64,000 bases of DNA from Verrucomicrobiota bacterium. GTDB lineage: Bacteria > Verrucomicrobiota > Verrucomicrobiia > Opitutales > Seribacteraceae. This document shows positions 60,201 through 64,000 of this stretch, in pieces (within the stretch, counting starts at the first letter, position 1; every line of letters begins with the position of its first letter). A model generated the notes under the pieces. The model was not told the DNA's origin and searched no databases. It saw nothing but the letters and a program-made list of their open reading frames with translations. Both the position numbers and the translations under genes were made by a program. Location: assembly GCA_027622665.1 (NCBI GenBank), contig JAQBYT010000004.1, positions 1-64,000 on the forward strand, read 5' to 3'.

Positions 60201-62026
60201 GCTTGAAGGTCACTCCCGCCGGTACCCCCGCCACCGATGGCTCCTTCACGGTGGACGTTGATCCGGGGGTTCTCAACCTGCAGGGAATCTCCGAAACAGG
60301 CTCGGGATACGATGGGGCCACTCCCGAGTCAGCCCCCAACGTAACCATCACTGGAGCGGACAAGGGAACCGCTGCAGGAACCGCCACCGTGCGTGCGGAC
60401 GGCAAGCTGGACATAGCGTTCACAGGCACCCCGACGGGCACGGGCAACCTGACCCTGACCGTGGACCCCGGCGTCATCCGAAATCCCGCCGACCTCGTCG
60501 GCATCGCCAACCCGACCAACCTCTACGACCCCGCTGAGCCCGCACCGACCGTCACCATCACAGGAGCGGACAAGGGAACCCTTGCGGGAACCGCAACCAT
60601 TCGGCCTGACGGAAACGTAAATGTGGCGCTGGCAGGGATCCCCGCGGGGACGGGCAACTTGACTGTAGCAGTAGCCGACGGGCGAGACAAGGCGCCCGCG
60701 AACCTAGCGGGCATAGGATCAGGCTACGATCCGGGAGAGGCAGTTCCTGCAGTCACCATAACCGGAGCGGACGCGGGAACTCTTGCGGGAATTTCAACCA
60801 TCAACGCGAACGGCACCATCGACGTCGCCTTCTCCGGAAATCCCTCCGACATAGGGAACCTCACCGTGGCTGTGGCAGACGGCGTAGTTCGCAAGCCCGC
60901 CGACCTAACGTCCATAGGATCAGGATACGACCCCGCCGAGCCGGCGCCGGCAGTGACCTTTGCAGGAGCAAGCGCGGGAACGCTCTCGGGAACCTCCTCT
61001 ATCAATGGTGACGGCACCCTGAACGTGACCCTTGCCGGCGCTCCCACAGACACGAACGACGTCACGATGAACGTTGCAAACGGTCTACCGGGAGTAGCCG
61101 ACCTGACGGGCATTGGTTCAGGCTACACGACAGGTGATCCTGCTCCGGGCGTAACGGTTTCGGGAGCTAATGCGGGAACCTTGGCGGGAACTGCCTCGAT
61201 CAATGCCAACGGCACATTGGACGTGAACTTTACGGGAAATCCAAGCGACACCAACAACGTCACGGTACAAATCGCCGACGGGCTCGCACGAGTTGCAAAC
61301 CTCTCGGGCGTGGGGTCAGGATACGATCCGGGTGAGGCAGCCCCGGGCATCAGCATCACCGGAGCCAACAAGAACACCCTGAACGGCGCCGCGACAATCA
61401 ATGCAAACGGTACTTTAGATGTAAGCTTCGGCGGCAACCCGGCGGACTTCAACAGTCTGGGAATTCAAGCTGCAGACGGAGTCACTCAAGCCCCGAACGC
61501 ACTGACGGGACTGGGCGGGAATCACGATCCGGGTTCACCTCCTGCCGTTACCATTACGGGAGCGGACAAGGGTACGCTTGCCAGTGTAGCTAGCGTGAAT
61601 GCAGACGGCACTGTCAACGTCTCATTCACGGGGAGTCCATCAGGCCCAGGCCCATTGACTGTGCAAATCCCAGGTGGAGTTGCCTCGAATCCCATATCAA
61701 ACCAATACCTACTGGAAATAGATGGAGACTTGTGGGATTATACAGTGGCTGAGTTTGTTGCATTCACCTCGATAATCGCGGATGCCAGAGCCCAAAACGG
61801 CGCCGAGCAAAACTCCCTCAACACCAATTGGAATAGCCTTTCCACAAGAATCAACCAACTGGAACAAGCCAATGGGAGGATAACCGACACAGACTTTGCA
61901 GAAGAAATGACCAAACTGGGAAAATCTCAAATCCTCAGCCAGTCTGCATCCTCTATGCTTGCAAAATACAATCGAACCCAAACCGAGGCCCTCCTGAAGT
62001 TGCAAAACTTAGCAGGCAACCTCTAG
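57227..62026 (+). CDS. fliC: Giant multidomain flagellin (flagellin N, short repeats, PQQ/BamB-like propeller, LamG, about 66-aa repeats, flagellin C), interrupted by one in-frame TAG at 59738-59740
   Basis: N-terminus RLSSGTKIN..DDAGGLAVS..NVQNGLSFLETQD..RMAEL..FNGISLF; C-terminus RAQNGAEQN..LEQANGRITDTDFAEEMTKLGKSQIL. ORFs 57227-59740 and 59810-62026 are in the same frame and the intervening codons are open. Confidence 0.88.
59200..61690 (+). repeat. Nine approximately 66-aa coding repeats in the flagellin (one split by the LamG domain)
   Basis: Consensus L.GIGSGYDP.EPAPAVTITGADKGTLAGTATINA.GTL.V.F.G.P...GNLTV.VADG. Units recur about every 198-201 nt (e.g. 60713, 60914, 61112, 61310, 61511). 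Confidence 0.85.
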
Positions 62027-62059
62027 CTGTGGTCGGGGAGAGCGATCCGGTTGAAGATC

Positions 62060-62490
62060 ATGCGATTTTCCATTGCCTTTCTCCTGCTCGTAGGTTGTCA
62101 GAGTAGAAACCTTGAAGAGACGCCAGATCTGGATGATCTGGAGGTCCTTGAGAAGATAGTCGCGTAGGCGATGGATGTTAAAAAACTGCAGTTTAAAAGA
62201 CGGGTTCTGTCGAAGAAGGCATATCTCCTTCCAAACCTGAAGAGCTCGTTGTTGAAACCAAGGTTAAACCAGATAGCGTGACATTTGAAGAATTGGAAAA
62301 ACATGAAGACCTCTATGACTTCAAGGTTTAGACACTCTCTTATACAGGTAAAGTTTTTGGATTTTATGAAAACAGACAGAAACACTTTGAAGGAGCTTTC
62401 AAGGACGGCGACATGAATGGACTGTGGATGAGGTGGCATGAAAACGGGCAGAAGATGTATGAAGGAAGGAACAATAACGGGGAAAAGTTT
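62060..62490 (+). pseudogene. Degraded MORN-variant repeat lipoprotein (YwqK-like)
   Basis: MRFSIAFLLLVGC lipobox, in-frame TAG after EKIVA, and a later fragment FKDGDMNGLWMRWHENGQKMYEG. Confidence 0.65.
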
Positions 62491-62492
62491 AT

Positions 62493-62672
62493 GTAACCCA
62501 TCTACAGTTCCCGCTGTATATATTCACATGACATTGATCCATTATGGACCTTCTTTGTTGTGCGAGGGGCGTAGGGTGGTTTCTACGCCCCTAAATTTAT
62601 TGTAACCCATCTATAACTTTCGCTGTATATTTAATATGACTTTTATTGCTTATGGAGCTTTCCGAAGAATTT
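62493..62672 (+). promoter_or_regulatory. Two tandem copies of the gtaacc-N16-tgtata motif separated by a GC-rich hairpin (62565-62592)
   Basis: gtaacccatctacagttcccgctgtata at 62493 and gtaacccatctataactttcgctgtata at 62602; hairpin aggggcgtag...ctacgcccct. Confidence 0.65.
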
Positions 62673-63158
62673 ATTCTTGAGCTGACTGAGGTGCAGCAAA
62701 GGCTTTTCGGCTTCCTGTTCAAGCGATTGGCTGATCGCGAGCAAGCTCGTGAGGTGTTGCAGCGGACCAACCTGGTTTTGTGCCGTAAGGCAGACAACTA
62801 CGAATCAGGAACTAATTTCAAGGCATGGGCGATGACCGTGGCCAACTACGAAGTGATGGCCTATCGCAAAACGCAGGTTCGCGAACGCTTGGTGTTCACC
62901 GCCGAAGTGGATGCCATGATTGGTCCGGATGAAGACGGGAGATCCTCCGCTCAATCGGCTCACCTCAGTCACTGCCTGCAAGGCATGTCGTCGAAAAACC
63001 GGGAACTTCTTGATTGGCGATATCAAGGAGAGCACACCATGGAGAAGATCGCCGAGGATATTGGCAGCACGATCGGGGCGGTGAAGGTGAAACTGCATCG
63101 CCTGCGCCGACAATTGCTGGGCTGCATTCAAAACCGCATGCAAGAGGACGGAATATGA
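62652..63158 (+). CDS. ECF sigma-70 factor (Rhodopirellula/Verrucomicrobium type)
   Basis: EVLQRTNLVLCRK..GTNFKAWAMTVA region 2; IAEDIGSTIGAVKVKLHRLRRQLLGCI region 4. Confidence 0.92.
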   Translation: MELSEEFILELTEVQQRLFGFLFKRLADREQAREVLQRTNLVLCRKADNYESGTNFKAWAMTVANYEVMAYRKTQVRERLVFTAEVDAMIGPDEDGRSSAQSAHLSHCLQGMSSKNRELLDWRYQGEHTMEKIAEDIGSTIGAVKVKLHRLRRQLLGCIQNRMQEDGI

Positions 63159-64000
63159 AAGAAGAAGAAAAGTTATGGAAAGATGAACTGGATGCCCTGC
63201 TCGGCAAATTGGTGGACGAGGGTCTCACGGTTGCGGACAAGGCGCGGTTGAACGAGATCCTGCAAACCGAACCCGGGGCTCGGGAGTTCTACCATGAATA
63301 CCTCGATCTTCATGGTGCCCTGGAGGAACGTCTGGGTGTCCCGGACTTCTCCCCACTCAACGCCGTAATCGATCCCGAAACCAAGGAGGAATCCAAACCA
63401 GTCTTCATTCCTTTCGGAAATTGGGGATGGGCGGTAGCGGCCGCGGTGGTGATTGGGTTGTTTATCCAGTTTTTTCTGGAGCAAGAGGAAACCGAGCCCG
63501 AGCTACCTATTGCTCAAATTACGAAATTAAGCGGTCCTCTGCTTTGGACGGGTGATGGTGGCCAAGTGAATCGTAACCTGCAAGCAGGCTCCAAACTCTT
63601 CGGTGGAACCATCGAGGGCATGGCTCCCGACGCTTGGTTCGAACTGGAGTTCAATGATGGCTCGCAAGTCGTGATTGCAGGCAACTCCATGCTGACCATT
63701 TCCGACCTCGGACAAAAGGAGCTGCGTCTCAGGGAGGGGAGCTTTTCCGCCAACGTCATGCCCCAACCCAAAGGCAAGCCCATGCTCGTGCGCACCCGCT
63801 CCGCCTTGTTTGAAGTCATGGGCACCAGATTCAGCGTGGATGCCGAGTTGTCTTCCTCCACGCTCACGGTCAACGAAGGCAAGGTGAGGGCCACCCGTCT
63901 CAGTGATGGCAGCTCAGTGGAAGTAACTGCCAAGCACCGGGTCGTCGCTGCCTTGGATTGCGAACTCGTACCCGAAAAAATGCCGGAGTCCGTTACCCTT
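63155..64000 (+). CDS. FecR-like anti-sigma factor (runs off window end)
   Basis: ATG overlaps the sigma stop; N-terminal RLNEILQTEPGAREFYHEYLDLH, a TM helix, then FecR-like LRLREG..VRTRSA..VMGTRFSV..VNEGKV. Confidence 0.88.
   Translation, partial: MKEEEKLWKDELDALLGKLVDEGLTVADKARLNEILQTEPGAREFYHEYLDLHGALEERLGVPDFSPLNAVIDPETKEESKPVFIPFGNWGWAVAAAVVIGLFIQFFLEQEETEPELPIAQITKLSGPLLWTGDGGQVNRNLQAGSKLFGGTIEGMAPDAWFELEFNDGSQVVIAGNSMLTISDLGQKELRLREGSFSANVMPQPKGKPMLVRTRSALFEVMGTRFSVDAELSSSTLTVNEGKVRATRLSDGSSVEVTAKHRVVAALDCELVPEKMPESVTL

Noticed and set aside
60270..61690. Regular 200-nt periodicity as a possible CRISPR or non-coding array
   Set aside because: The units are degenerate at the DNA level, conserved as protein and in frame within the flagellin. 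There is no repeat-spacer structure and no cas gene.
52738..62166. Three in-frame TAG stops (sulfatase, flagellin, MORN gene) suggesting amber recoding
   Set aside because: The expected residues differ (Tyr, Trp, probably Glu/Gln), several intact genes here end normally in TAG, and two of the three genes have other lesions.
62565..62592. GC-rich hairpin as a REP family member or ncRNA
   Set aside because: It is a single copy in the window with no associated transposase, so it is recorded only as part of the regulatory region.

Overview
64-kb window most consistent with a marine PVC-group bacterium (Verrucomicrobiota/Opitutales-like). The basis is PVC-type CxxCH dehydrogenase-like proteins, a DUF1549/DUF1553-DUF1501 pair, six sulfatases, a Verrucomicrobia-style prepilin protein and an ECF sigma/FecR pair. 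The left end is the edge of a defence island with a frameshifted type I R-M hsdM carrying two palindromic micro-insertions. Carbohydrate/sulfate catabolism genes follow, then a housekeeping block (psd, purC, class II-like purE, plsC, cmk, aroA, tyrA, xseA), a VWA/two-component module, a higBA toxin-antitoxin cassette flanked by a 33-bp direct repeat, katG and sufE. The most striking element is an orphan giant flagellin (57227-62026, about 1599 codons, one internal TAG). Its variable region holds nine short outbound repeats, a PQQ/BamB-like beta-propeller, a LamG lectin-like domain and nine long return repeats, suggesting a nested out-and-back stalk that displays adhesin domains. It sits behind a duplicated copy of the putative promoter and first codons of the downstream ECF sigma gene. 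No rRNA, tRNA or CRISPR array was recognised. All family assignments are from motif recognition by eye, not database searches.
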